64,000 nucleotides of DNA from Tubulanus polymorphus (Eukaryota; Animalia; Nemertea): NCBI RefSeq assembly GCF_964204645.1, contig NC_134035.1, positions 2,604,001-2,668,000 on the forward strand. The letters are read 5' to 3'. Of this stretch, positions 63,366 through 64,000 are shown in pieces (the first letter of the stretch is position 1; every line of letters starts with the position of its first letter). A program made the position numbers and the translations under genes. The notes beneath the pieces were generated by a model. The model ran no database searches. It saw only the letters and a program-made list of their open reading frames with translations, and was not told where the DNA came from.

Positions 63366-64000
63366 GTAAAGAAATAAACGATGACCCGTTGGGACCTTTG
63401 GAAATCGCATTGTCAGTTCATGTCACGTATCCAATGATATTGCGAGCCGATTTCACCGTTTGTAGGATGTAGCGATGGAGAGAGTGAGAGTGAGAGAAAG
63501 CCTAAATGACTTAGTAGCAAGAGAACGGATTATGCCATCATCATTATCGGCTTTTGGAGCGAGGAGAGTCGAGTATACGCCGAGCATTGCAACTTGAACT
63601 CCTTCGCTATTATTGTATATGATTTCAAGAGATCAATCGTTGACAGCACGTAGAGTATCACTCATTCTCTCCATCTCTCTCTCTCTCTCTCGCACTAAAT
63701 GAGACATCACTACTCTCCAGTTACGGCTACAAACACCAGAACGCTGTCACGTGAACCTCCCCCTCCTCGGGGCTGTATCCGTTCGCGAACTCTCCATCAA
63801 CCGCAATCGGTTAACGAACCAAATATAGATGCGTACTAAACGGTTTCGAGATCATGCTGAATCTTATCATCGTCATCCAGAAAAACAGTTGTAATGTAAA
63901 AATAGAATGATCCATTTTTCGAATGATTTTTTTTCCTAAATATTTTTCATTTTTTCCGACGAAACGATTTGTTTTTGAGATCATTATCTTTTCGTTACTG

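Overview
This is AT-rich, intron-containing animal genomic DNA with no obvious CpG depletion; gene content suggests a lophotrochozoan invertebrate (inference). Most entries in the ORF track are spurious. I rebuilt five spliced genes by hand from GT-AG sites and codon phase: (1) a six-exon NR1-type nuclear receptor (minus, 8109-18084, 606 aa); (2) a four-exon orphan disordered protein starting MGCSAS (minus, 26635-37447, 242 aa), head-to-head with (3) COMMD9 (plus, 37976-39486, 197 aa); (4) TMEM263 (minus, 46999-49052, 117 aa), head-to-head with (5) a p75NTR/NGFR-like TNF-receptor gene (plus, from 50300, running off the window). Intergenic and intronic DNA is full of MITEs (Harbinger-, piggyBac- and Tc1/pogo-type ends), LINE RT remnants and microsatellites. 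Three non-coding features stand out. The first is an ~800-nt foldback at 1360-2160 whose arm mismatches are strongly biased to plus-strand G.U pairs and whose loop is a tandem array of ~70-nt three-way-junction motifs. The second is a set of small insertions carrying Penelope-type minimal hammerhead ribozymes (4743-4991, 5359-5553, 7403-7504). The third is an unexplained GC-rich structured island with a telomerase-template-like AACCCTAA between two divergent promoters (49560-49970). All alignments and folds were done by eye; no databases were searched.
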